This document shows, piece after piece, positions 12,935 to 23,402 of a stretch of 64,000 nt of DNA; the stretch's first letter is position 1; each line of letters starts with the position of its first letter. The notes beneath the pieces were generated by a model. That model searched no databases. It had not been told where the DNA came from and saw only the letters and a list, made by a program, of their open reading frames with translations. Location of the stretch: assembly GCA_017654855.1 (NCBI GenBank), contig CM030335.1, forward strand, positions 62,001 through 126,000, written 5' to 3'. The translations under genes and the position numbers were made by a program. The DNA comes from Podospora anserina. Its lineage: Eukaryota.

Positions 12935-14836
12935 TTACATGAAGCTGTTAATAATCGTCACAGCCGTCGTGTACACCATCCCCACCAAGCCCAGTACCAC
13001 CATGGCAAGATCTCCAAGTTTGGCAGCCTTGGTGTCGGCCGCCCCCTTGTAGTGAAGCCAGGCTGGGTAGACGTAGACGAGCGGAACGCAAGCCGCACTC
13101 CCGATAAGGGCGACAAACTTGTCAAGATTTCCTGTTCCCAGCACCGAGATGACTCCACAAAGGCAAACCATGGCGAAGCGGAACCCGTTCTTGATCCACT
13201 TTGTCTTCAAACTCTTCTTGCCTGACTTGCGTCCAAAGATCTTGGTTTCGAGGATTCTGAGCGCGGGAAACAGCTGAACCGGCGTGCCGACCAGGATGGC
13301 AACCGAGTACAGGAACTGAATCGCGTTGACAAGCTTTGAATCTTGGGGAAAGTTGTTGATGATTTCGATCTGAGTGTCCAGACCAAAGGTGGCATAGCAC
13401 AGGGCACCGACGCTTGTGAAAACGATAGTGATGATCAACATCACAACGCCTAGCAACCACTCGAACTTTTCCGGCCTGGCCATGCTCGACTGAATGGGCA
13501 AAATCAGGCCGATCCCTTCAAATGTGAAAATGGCCGACCCAACCATCATGGTGTACCTATCCGGGTTGAACATGACCACGCCCTTGTCCATCCCTCCCAT
13601 ATCCACCAAACTCGTGATATCATGCCAATAAATGTAGGTAACCCCAACCAGGATACACGCGTCCGCCAGCAATGCCGCAGGTCCCAGCTTGGAAATATTC
13701 CTGATCCAACTCAAAGGTACCAAAATCACCAACTGCAGCGCGATTAGTCCAGCCGTTGTGAAGCTCCGACTATCCTTCATCACCGCCTCGAAGAATGTCA
13801 ACAAATTCTCCGCCACAAACACAATGCCCGCGCATACAAACCCCAACTGGCTCAGCGCGATACTCGCCAAAATCAGGCCCCTCATCCTGCCCCCGGCAAC
13901 GGCATACCCAATCTCGCCATAGCCCCCCCTATACCTCTCCTTCAGCTCCAGTAGCAGGTGAAACGCCCACATCGAAATCGCCGACACCCCCACCATGGCC
14001 AAGCTGCTAAATAGCAAGCCACCATTGCTAAAGGCCTTGGGCAAGAACATGATCCCCGTCCCGACAAACGCCTTGAGCAGAGTAAAAAAAGTCTTGGTCA
14101 TGCCGGCTCCCTCCCTCCCTTCTGCCTCCTCTTCTCTTTCCCGTTGCCTTTGCCGCTCCCTCGTCGTTGTCAAAAGCGGCCTCCTCTCCCCATCTTCATC
14201 TTCCGACTCGGACTCCACCGCCTCTTCGTCGCTGTCCTCCAAGTCCTCACCCGCAAAGTGCCCGTACAAATTCAAAAACTCGACAAAGTTTCGCGTGATC
14301 GGCATTCGGGCAGCATAGAAGTCATTTGGTTTGCCATTTCTTCTTTTCTGGAGGAGATAGGCCCGGCGGAACCCACCCGGCGCTAACTGGTCGCCCACGC
14401 TGAGGCCTTCCTCGGCGGCGAGGGAGCGGCGGTATTCTCGCGGGTTGTGAAAAGTGTTTGCGCGCCGGTGTACCGAGCCGGATCTGATCTGAGAGGTACC
14501 ACCGGGACCGCCTTCGGATGCGGCGAGGCGAAAAAGCTCACGGTGGATGTCGCCGCCTTGGAGTTTGAGGGAGGATTCGGCGGCGGCCGAGTGGTTTTTT
14601 GTCGTGTTGGCGGTGCTGTTGGAGCGAGAGGTGGTGGCCAAGACCAGTTTGGACTTGGGCGCGGGGAGGGTAGCGTCGAATTCGGCAGTGAAGCCGGCCG
14701 GCAGATGCTCTGCCACGACCTGGGCTTGCACATCGGCCTCGGGGAGAAGGTGCTCTCTGTTGGACTTTGCCGACGAGGACGATGTCGAGCGGTGATTGCC
14801 GGCCGAGGAGACGGAAGCGGTACGGTTTACGGACAT
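12935..14836 (-). CDS. Vacuolar amino acid transporter (Aa_trans, Avt3/Avt4-like)
   Basis: 633 aa; PGGFRR, FLNLYGHFAGEDL, LLKAFVGTGIMFLPKAF, IFTFEGIGLILPI and multiple TM helices. Confidence 0.93.
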   Translation of the reverse strand: MSVNRTASVSSAGNHRSTSSSSAKSNREHLLPEADVQAQVVAEHLPAGFTAEFDATLPAPKSKLVLATTSRSNSTANTTKNHSAAAESSLKLQGGDIHRELFRLAASEGGPGGTSQIRSGSVHRRANTFHNPREYRRSLAAEEGLSVGDQLAPGGFRRAYLLQKRRNGKPNDFYAARMPITRNFVEFLNLYGHFAGEDLEDSDEEAVESESEDEDGERRPLLTTTRERQRQREREEEAEGREGAGMTKTFFTLLKAFVGTGIMFLPKAFSNGGLLFSSLAMVGVSAISMWAFHLLLELKERYRGGYGEIGYAVAGGRMRGLILASIALSQLGFVCAGIVFVAENLLTFFEAVMKDSRSFTTAGLIALQLVILVPLSWIRNISKLGPAALLADACILVGVTYIYWHDITSLVDMGGMDKGVVMFNPDRYTMMVGSAIFTFEGIGLILPIQSSMARPEKFEWLLGVVMLIITIVFTSVGALCYATFGLDTQIEIINNFPQDSKLVNAIQFLYSVAILVGTPVQLFPALRILETKIFGRKSGKKSLKTKWIKNGFRFAMVCLCGVISVLGTGNLDKFVALIGSAACVPLVYVYPAWLHYKGAADTKAAKLGDLAMVVLGLVGMVYTTAVTIINSFM

Positions 14837-15364
14837 GGTGACGTCTCGGTCATTCGGTCGTTATTTGGTCGTTCGCATATCGTCGCGGAGGCCCGCTCTG
14901 TGGTACTTTTTGGTTGCCAGGTTGAACAGAGGCAAAAAAACCGAACCATTCTGAAGAAGGCGGGCACGTGGCGGGTACCTACGGCTCACAGCACGGCATA
15001 CAAAACAAACGTCAGGGATCTGGGGGTCTCCAACTTCAATGATGTCACCAAAAGATGTTCGAGAAGCCCGCCACAGGTCCACGTGCCCAACATTGCCCCC
15101 TATAGGTTTCAGATTAGGTATCAGCAAAATATTGGGCAAAGTAGTACACTATGTACCTGAATCGCCAGGGGCGCTATTCTTCATTGGTATCACAATCGGA
15201 CTGCGCGTGGCGCTGCCCTGATTTATTTTCCCCCTTTTCCAGCGTTGGTAGGGTGTGGACTAAGTTGCACAGTGTTGCCGTTCCCCGGTCACACAACCAG
15301 TGATCGAGGCTATCCAGTAGCTCGATTTATCCGTCGCGTAGTTTTCGGGTATCACCGTACAAGA

Positions 15365-16888
15365 TCACTGCTGTTGCACAAGCTTCTGAATGGCCTCAAT
15401 CTGCGCCAGCACCGAGGAGCTGCTCGTGCCACCGTACGTGTTCCTTCTCTCAACACTCTTCTCAAAGTCGAATACATCAGCAACGTCAGCCTCGAACAAG
15501 GGCGAGATCTGCTTGAAGTCGTCGAGGGGAAGCTTGGAGATGGCCACGCCAGCCTCCTCACCCCTGCGGACGATGGCACCGGCGATGTGGTGAGTCTGTC
15601 TGAAAGGCACACCCTTGCGGACGAGGTAGTCAGCCACATCGGTGGCGAGCATGTCGTCGGTGAGGGCAGCCTTCATCTTTTCAGGGTAGACCTTGAGGGT
15701 GGCAAGCACGCCCTGCATGATCCGCAGGCATGTGGAAACGGTCTTGATGCAGTCAATCATGGGCTCGACAGATTCCTGGAGATCCTTGTTGTAAGAGGTG
15801 GGAAGAGACTTGAGGGAGGCAAGGAAACCGGAAGCCTAGTGTGGTCGCATCAGCATTCTTCTTGGGATGAAAACCAGTTGGAAAAGCCTACCTGTCCCAT
15901 AACTCTGCCAGCCTTACCACGGATGAGCTCCAAGCTGTCGGGGTTCTTCTTCTGGGGCATCAGACTGCTGCCAGTGCTGTAGGCATCGGCGACTTGAACA
16001 AAGCCAAACTCGGCCGTGGAGAAGAGGATCAGATCCTCGCTGAGGCGGGAGAGATGGGCCATCAACAAACTCGCCCACTGGAGAATGTCCACGACGAAGT
16101 CTCGGTCGGCGACACAGGCCAAGCTGTTTGGGTGGACCGAGGCGAAGCCGAGGTCCTTGGCCATGAACTCACGGTCAATGCCAAAGGGGTTGCCGGCGAG
16201 GGCACCGACACCCAGAGGGCAGGCAGATGTCCTCTCCTGCACACCCTTCAGGCGGTTGAGATCGCCAATGAGGAAGGTGGCGTGGGACAGGAGCCAGTGG
16301 GAGAAGCGCACTGGTTGGGCGCGCTGGAGATGAGTGTATCCTGGCATCAGGACGGGGAGGTACTCCTTGGCCTGCGCGGCCGTGGTCGCGAGGACATCCT
16401 TGAGGATAGCAGCAAGCTGGTCGAGCTGTTCGCCGGCCCAGAGACGCATGTCAACACCAACCTGCTCGTTTCGGGAGCGGCCAGTGTGCAGCTTGCCAGC
16501 AGCCTTGCCAATGATCTCGCCCAGGCGGCGCTCATTGGCCGTGTGGATATCCTCGTCTGACTTGACATCGATAACGAACTTGCCCTCGGCCCACTCCTTC
16601 TCGACCTGCTGGAGGCCGTTGACGATTTCGCCGAGCTCCTCGTCGGAGAGGATGTTGAGCTTGTGGAGGGCCTTGGCGTAGGTGATGGAGCCGTGGATAT
16701 CGGCCTTGTAGAGCACCCTGTCAAAGGAAAGGGACTCATTGAACTGGAACATCAAGTCGTCGATGGCCTCTATTTGTTCGAATGGTGTTAAGCGCGCAAA
16801 CAACACAATGGCGAGACGATGACAGGTCAATGGGCTTACCGGTAAATCTGCCACCCCAGAGGAGCGTGGGGGTCTGTGTGGGAGCCAT
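15365..16888 (-). CDS. ARG4: Argininosuccinate lyase, 3 exons
   Basis: LWGGRFT, DEDIHTANERRL, GKLHTGRSRNEQV, MPGYTHLQRAQP, STGSSLMPQKKNPD signature. Confidence 0.97.
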
Positions 16889-17388
16889 GGTGTGCGCTGT
16901 GTGTTGTCTGGTGATGTTGTTCGCAACTGGAGCTCTTTGTCGCAAATAAATCGTCGCACCAGGAACCTGAAAGCTGGAATGATTCACACCTGGAAAAATG
17001 CGGTGGGGTCTGCCCCAAGCGATAAGCACTGATCGCGGGGAACAACCCACAGCGCATGCAGCTAGGCGTCTGCGCTCCACGTGATGATAAGGCAAGGTAG
17101 TAAGCCGCGATGTGAGCGTTGCACTACAACCTAATCTCGCTGGGCTTCTTGGGAAGTTGGAGTTGTGATGCTGAAATCTTGTTGTTTGTTCGGGGTTTCC
17201 CTTGGACCTACGGAACTCTTATCGCAGCCTTGTCGTCGAGCTGAGCTCATCACCATGTCCACTGATGAGCTAGGGGCAGCTCGAGCGTCACTTGCTTGGC
17301 AGACTGTCCGTGGGGGCACTGGGAGTTGCTGGTCCTGACATCCCATGACCCGTCTAAGTCACAAATGAATCCCAAGGGTATTTATGAT

Positions 17389-19245
17389 CTAAAACAGCAT
17401 CCGTATCACCTCATCTGTGTTGTTCCTCAGACTGCCGTGGTTCCATCCCGACTTGCCCACGACCATCACACATCCCTTGACAGCTTCCACCGTTCGCTTG
17501 GACAGTTCAAAGTCAACAGCCAGATCATCTTGATACGCCATTGCTCTGACCGGCACTGTGTTCTCCTTCAACCGGTTCAAGTCGTACAATGGCTCCCAAT
17601 CTGCCTTGCTCGCTACCAAATCATTTGCATACCTGAACTCCTCGGGCATCAAACAGGGGAGCACCATCTCACCCGAAAAGTAGAGCCTTTGGCCTTCCGC
17701 AGCATGTTTCCCCTGAAGCCACCCCTTGTATTCCCGATGCCTCTTCCCAACCCTCTGGGCAGACCACTCCGACGCCGTATCTCCATTATTGCAATAAATC
17801 GCCTCGTGCAAGACCCCGTACAACGGCCTTGAATGCAGCTTGAACCCCTCCAGCTTTGAAAACTCTTTCAAGACTTCCGGCGACGGGACGAGCGCATTAT
17901 TCCTCACCAACTGTCCATGCAGCTGGCCCACAAAGTCATGCACCGCCTCCAGCCCAGAGTCGCCTCCGATGAACTTCCTCCCCAAGGTCAGAAACGTCTG
18001 AGCTGTCAGCTTTCTCTTCGATCCATCCGGCAATTCATACGCTGCCCCCCTCGACAAAAGGGTGTTGTATACCTCCCTCACCAAGACCTCATCTTCAGGG
18101 TAACGCTGGTAGTACCTCTGATTCGACCTCCTTATCCCGCTATACAACGCCTCATAAACCTCGTCCGGACTCCCAATCGTCACCGGCGCCAGTCCGGCCG
18201 TCAAATACACCTCTGCCAGCGACCCAGGGAGAAACGACAGGTAGGTCAATGCCACCCAACCGCCGTATGACTGTCCCATCAAGGTCCATTTTAACCCATC
18301 TCCGCCATTGCCGTTCGTGGATGAGAACGGGTATAAGTGCTCCTCTAGACACAACCTCACGGCTTCTAGGTCCCTCACAATATTGTCTTGCCGAAACAAC
18401 GATAGATAACTGGCCGCCCCAGCAAAATCCCTCGTGTCATTGTAGGTCTTGACAGTCGCGCTGTCAATCTTGCTACTCTGCCCTGTGCCCCTATAGTCGG
18501 CGTACAGAACGACATACCCCTTCTCAATCAACATCCTGTTCAACGCTGGCGATCGATCATGCGGGTTCTTATCCCCTGGTCCGCCGCAAAGGAACACCAA
18601 AATAGGACTGGCACGACACGCGGGCACCCAGCTGTCGAATCTGTTTCGCTCGTGGGTGTCGTATACGAGCTCAGCGTGAATATTGATTTGCCGGCCCGAG
18701 GGCTTGTGGTGCTCAAGCGGGACGGTAAAGTGGACAGTCCTGATTTTGAACTCCTTATCCGGATTCACACAGGGGCGTGGGAACTGGACGATAGAGGCGG
18801 GTCGGATGTTTCTCCATGACGGGCGATTTCCCTCGGCTTCTGCTCCAATGTAGGGCATTGCCAACCGTGGTTCAAGTTTCGTCCCTGGCTCAATGCTGTC
18901 AGAAAGGGAAATCCCCGAGTCACTATAATTGTCAGGGGACAATGGCGCCTTGATTAGAGAAACCGAATGCTTTATCTGATAGTCCTCTTCGGACTGGGAG
19001 CTGCCGCCGTCAGAAAGAATGTCGACGCTGCTACCGCTGTATTCCGGATTCAAACTGGACCGTTGAGGCGACGGTGAAGGTGATGATGTAAACGGCTCGT
19101 TTGGTGTAAGTGTCGGCCTCCACCACCTCCAACGGACCTTATAACGTCCCCTTCTGCCTTCCTTATTTACCATCCTCTTGTCCCCATCTTTGTCTGATTC
19201 CTCTTCGTGTGGTGAATTCCTGTGGAATTTCATGGTGATGGTCAA
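17389..19245 (-). CDS. Proline iminopeptidase (S33 alpha/beta hydrolase) with a disordered N-terminal extension
   Basis: FTVPLEH, GGPG, DYRGTGQS, FRQDNIVRDLE, GQSYGG nucleophile, FSGEMV, YQDDLAVD, HGSLR. True start uncertain. Confidence 0.88.
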   Translation of the reverse strand: MTITMKFHRNSPHEEESDKDGDKRMVNKEGRRGRYKVRWRWWRPTLTPNEPFTSSPSPSPQRSSLNPEYSGSSVDILSDGGSSQSEEDYQIKHSVSLIKAPLSPDNYSDSGISLSDSIEPGTKLEPRLAMPYIGAEAEGNRPSWRNIRPASIVQFPRPCVNPDKEFKIRTVHFTVPLEHHKPSGRQINIHAELVYDTHERNRFDSWVPACRASPILVFLCGGPGDKNPHDRSPALNRMLIEKGYVVLYADYRGTGQSSKIDSATVKTYNDTRDFAGAASYLSLFRQDNIVRDLEAVRLCLEEHLYPFSSTNGNGGDGLKWTLMGQSYGGWVALTYLSFLPGSLAEVYLTAGLAPVTIGSPDEVYEALYSGIRRSNQRYYQRYPEDEVLVREVYNTLLSRGAAYELPDGSKRKLTAQTFLTLGRKFIGGDSGLEAVHDFVGQLHGQLVRNNALVPSPEVLKEFSKLEGFKLHSRPLYGVLHEAIYCNNGDTASEWSAQRVGKRHREYKGWLQGKHAAEGQRLYFSGEMVLPCLMPEEFRYANDLVASKADWEPLYDLNRLKENTVPVRAMAYQDDLAVDFELSKRTVEAVKGCVMVVGKSGWNHGSLRNNTDEVIRMLF

Positions 19246-19449
19246 AGAAGTGAGTCCCCAAACTCGGTATATAGTGGGGATCCCAACTCTAGTAGCGGGT
19301 TGTTGGTAATAAAGGTAGATGAATGGAATGATGCGGGTTTGGTCAACAAAGGGTGTTGGTCAACAGGTGTATGTACTCTAGGAGGGTCAAATGCCAAAAA
19401 GATGCTCGAGTTGGACTTGGTGCTCCCAAATAACACCACAAAAGTACCA

Positions 19450-21290
19450 ACTATCACATGGGGTGAACAAGGTCAAACGACACCATCGTGACGATGGCTT
19501 CTGGTGTCGTCTTGTACTCTCAGCCTCGAGCCTTGTATCACCACTTTTTACCCCGAGGGGAAGTTCTCTCGTTGGCGCTACCTCACCGTGCATTGTGCCG
19601 TTGTTGCGAGGATGGTGGTAAGACGGCGGCTAGCACCACTCACGCACCCACACCCACACCCCTACCTAGCTGACGACCCCGGGGTTGAGTGGGATGGGTG
19701 GATGGGACCATCCACATCACCAACTTCGAGGCAGGGGCTCCATTTCTTTTGGCCCGATTCAACAGCACGGAACAGACCGGGGGGCCGGGGTGGACCCAAC
19801 TGTCGGGACGCCTCTGCCTCGCGTGTTCGGGTGTTGGTGGTGGGATACCGGGTAAGCCGGGGTTTAGCATGTATACTAGATGTCTAATAAACTCTGGGCT
19901 CGTTCCGGGACCCAATGCGATGGAAACGTTTGCATCGGCGCACTTGACATAGACACCGGCCCTTTTCTTAACCGTTGGCCCGTGGCTTTTCCTTTGTTTC
20001 ATTCATAGCGCCCCCGGCCCCAATATCCGAGCCATCACATCTCACATTGGCCCTGACAGACAATTGCCGAGGTCTTCATGGGAAGAAAATGGGGGAGGGT
20101 GGGATAATGGTGGCCTTGTTCTGGTGTGGGAGGTGTACAACGGACCAAACAAATAAGCCAGATGGGATTGGTACTGGCTTCGAGTGGGACTCGAAAAAAG
20201 CTGTCACAAGAGTTGCCGGACGGGAAAGATGCATGCGGTCATGCTAGTACAGGCGGTGGCACGAACTCTCTTGTCATCCTTTTCTTCACAGCCTGTCGAG
20301 AACGAGGCCGGAGGGTTTTTTGTGTGCCGTGACGTGGTGACCTCTGTGTATCCATCTCATGTCCCTGTCGGGCGTCATCACCAACATCGTTGCTGGTTGG
20401 GATGGTGAACCTCTTTCTCACTAGGGTAGCACAAAAAACACTAGCAAGTCACCGGACCAACCCTCTGACCTTGGCCTGCATGGTGCGAGCTGACAAGAGA
20501 CCAAGCGGGCGGCGGGAAAAGAGCCTCTGCGAGGTTCGGTACCATGACAATTGGTTGTGGGTGGCATAAGCGAGTCCTCTTGTCCCACCTCCTTGACTGT
20601 TCTCGAATGAAACCCTACTTTTTATTTCCTTTGTACCTACCTAGCCAGTGCCTCTCGCCATCAAAGTGGCCGACGTGGCTCTCCCGATGGTCGCGCAGCT
20701 CACCGCCTCAAGCAGAATCTCGTTGCATAGGTATGTAGTCTGGAGCTGCTACGCGAGTGATGGATGGTTCATTGGACGTCTGGTTATTTCCTTTTCTTGT
20801 TGATTTTGCTTATTTCTTCTCCCGGGGCCCGACTGGGCGTCTACAACATGTCTCGGGAGCCGGGTACTGTACCCCAATGATCTGACAGCAGTTTTGCTGT
20901 GTTAGAAACGGGAGGGTTTTCTTTTCCCGAATCAGGTGCCGTCGAAGTCTGTTATCTCCTTCGGCATATCCCGGTCCAATGCGGCAAGGCGCTCTGCACA
21001 ACAGCACACCCCATCAATGCATATCTGGCAGCGGACAGGACATGCGTTAGTACGACATGATTTGAGATTCGTCAACTGCTGTGCTCGCCCAAGGAGGGGC
21101 ACGTGGGTGGGGGTTTCATGAAACGTCATGGGCGCCTCAAAAGACCGACGATGGTCCGCGTCCCAGCTCGAGGCATCATAACAGTGCTCACCGTCGGTCA
21201 GGCTGGAACAGGATATACCCTCCAAGACCAAAAGATTAGACAGGGACAAGAGTTGATATCTTATTTCCGGACATACTCCAGCTATGATCA
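19450..21290 (+). ncRNA. Candidate long structured non-coding RNA (unidentified)
   Basis: No credible CDS over ~2.3 kb; many nested complementary segments whose mismatches are G-U compatible on the + strand (see findings). Confidence 0.45.
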
Positions 21291-21597
21291 GAAGATTCCC
21301 GTTGCCGTTGGTAATAAAGCCCCAGCAAAAACCACAAACTCCGGCCGTACTCCGCTATGAGGGGGCGTCACACTCCATACATGTACATACGCATGCCAAA
21401 ACATTTGTTGCCAACCCCAATCTCATAAATGCGGCAAGCAACCCAAGAACAAATGCTAAAAACGAAAACCTTGGCATAAAACGGCCACCAGCACAGTCAA
21501 TGCCCTACCATCCTTCAGATGATGGCGAGCTCGGCTGTTCAATCCAAAATCTTTTGCGGTCCAACAACAGTACTACATCCAAGCATCAACCAATCCT

Positions 21598-22575
21598 CTA
21601 AGCGGCAACAGACTCCAGAGTGGCGCCTGTCCCGGCAAGGTTTGTTGGCTTTACTTGCGGGTTCTTCTTGTAGTAGTTATTGATAGCAGACTTGATGGCG
21701 TCCTCGGCAAGCATGCTGCAGTGAAGCTTGACTGGTGGAAGGCAAAGCTCCTTGGCAATCTCCGTGTTCTTAACCTTGGACGCTTGATCGAGGGTCATGC
21801 CGCGGACGAGCTCGGTAAGGTAACTGGAAGAAGCACTGTGACACGATCAGCATGCATACGCCCACGCCCAATCTCGCATGCTTGTCGTATAGCTTCGCCG
21901 GTCCCCAAATTCACCGTCTGAATCGCCGAGATGGGGCTTGTTCCAGCGCCACGGCGCTACCGAAGTGGTCATTCCGGGATCGAGCCGCCTCCACGTCGGC
22001 CCATATTGTTTGACTTGTAGCCTCATCTCTCGGATTCTCGGACTTGGATGACGAACCGAACCCAGAATTTGTTGAAAAGAGGAAGAGGGGTGCTTACATG
22101 GCAGAACCACAGCCGAACGTCTTGAACCTAACATCACTGATGACTTGTGTCTCGGGATCGACCTTGATATGCAGACGCATAACGTCACCGCACTGTTCAC
22201 AGGTCCATAGTTAGAATGCCTCCAGGAAACATTATACCCGTAAGAAACAACATACTGCAGGCGCACCAACTAAGCCCTCACCGACGGACTTGTCCTTCTT
22301 GTCTAATGTGCCGACATTTCGGGGACGCGAGTAGTCTGTGACGCAAAGCGACAGCATGTCAGTATTTCCGAGCCGAGCGCGGAAGAGGCAGGAAAAGGGC
22401 GATATCGACGTTGTTAATTAGGGAAATACTCACGGTCAATCACCTTTTCGTGGTACTGGCGTGTCGCAGGGCGCGAAACGATCGGGGCGAACTGGCGGGC
22501 AACGGGGATGGCAACCGGGCGCAGGGACTGGGCGAGGAGACGGCCACCCACGGCGCGGGCTGTTCTGGAAAGCAT
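21598..22575 (-). CDS. ISU1: Mitochondrial Fe-S cluster scaffold protein, 4 exons
   Basis: Presequence [11 protein letters not shown]..., [61 protein letters not shown]. Introns at 22433-22336, ~22255-22193 and 22097-21836. Confidence 0.97.
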
Positions 22576-23402
22576 GGTGTTTGTTGTATTGTGTGCCGGG
22601 GTTGATTCGGGAGATCTGATAGGAAGTAGTCGTCGTAGACTTGATATGGAATGGACGGAATATCAGGTGCTATTTGCGTTGATAGAAATCGAGGTTTGAA
22701 ATGCTTCAAAGAAAATTGATTTGAGGGCGAAAGATGGAAATGCGGGACTTGTCCATGATGACTGAAGGGGCGATTCTCCCGCGGCAGAGTGAAAAGAGGG
22801 TGGCCCAAGCTTGCTTAACAGATAGGTGGTTTATCGCGTTGAATACTGGTCACAATCTGTTAGTGGGACACCGCCAATTCCATTTCTTGATGCAACACCA
22901 AGCGTCATTCCGACGTCGGCTGCAGCTGTCGAGTGGGTAAGGGCCCACCCCCCCGCGGAGATAAGATGATCAGATTACGGAGACCGAGCCAGCCATGACC
23001 ATCGAATTGATGGTGGCTATTATAAATCGCTTGTTGATCAGTGAATGCTAGCTTGCCTCCGATGGTTTGGACTTCCTGTTTTCTCGGTAGGCCATCTTAC
23101 AGAGGGTATTCAATAGCTTACCTTGGTCATGCTACCGTAGAACAGGTAAACGTTATCAGCCATTGAGACGCAGGCGGGGCAGCAACCGCCTTGCTGGGGC
23201 TGGTCGGCTGCAGCTTTGATGCCCCGCCACCCCGCGTCTTCACTCGCTGCCTGCTCGTCCATTGTTTGCCCGCCCTGTGTTCCAACACCAGCTTCAGCTC
23301 TGCCTCCTTACCCTAGGTAGCTTCATTCGGATCAGAAGTTCAGTCAGTGATTCCAGTTTGTCTCGACCAGTTGCTTGACCACAACAGTCTACGTCGACAA
23401 AG

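Noticed and set aside
19644-19662. CACCCACACCCACACC resembling the budding-yeast TLC1 template
   Set aside because: Filamentous ascomycetes typically use TTAGGG, and this tract can pair with the G-rich segment immediately downstream.
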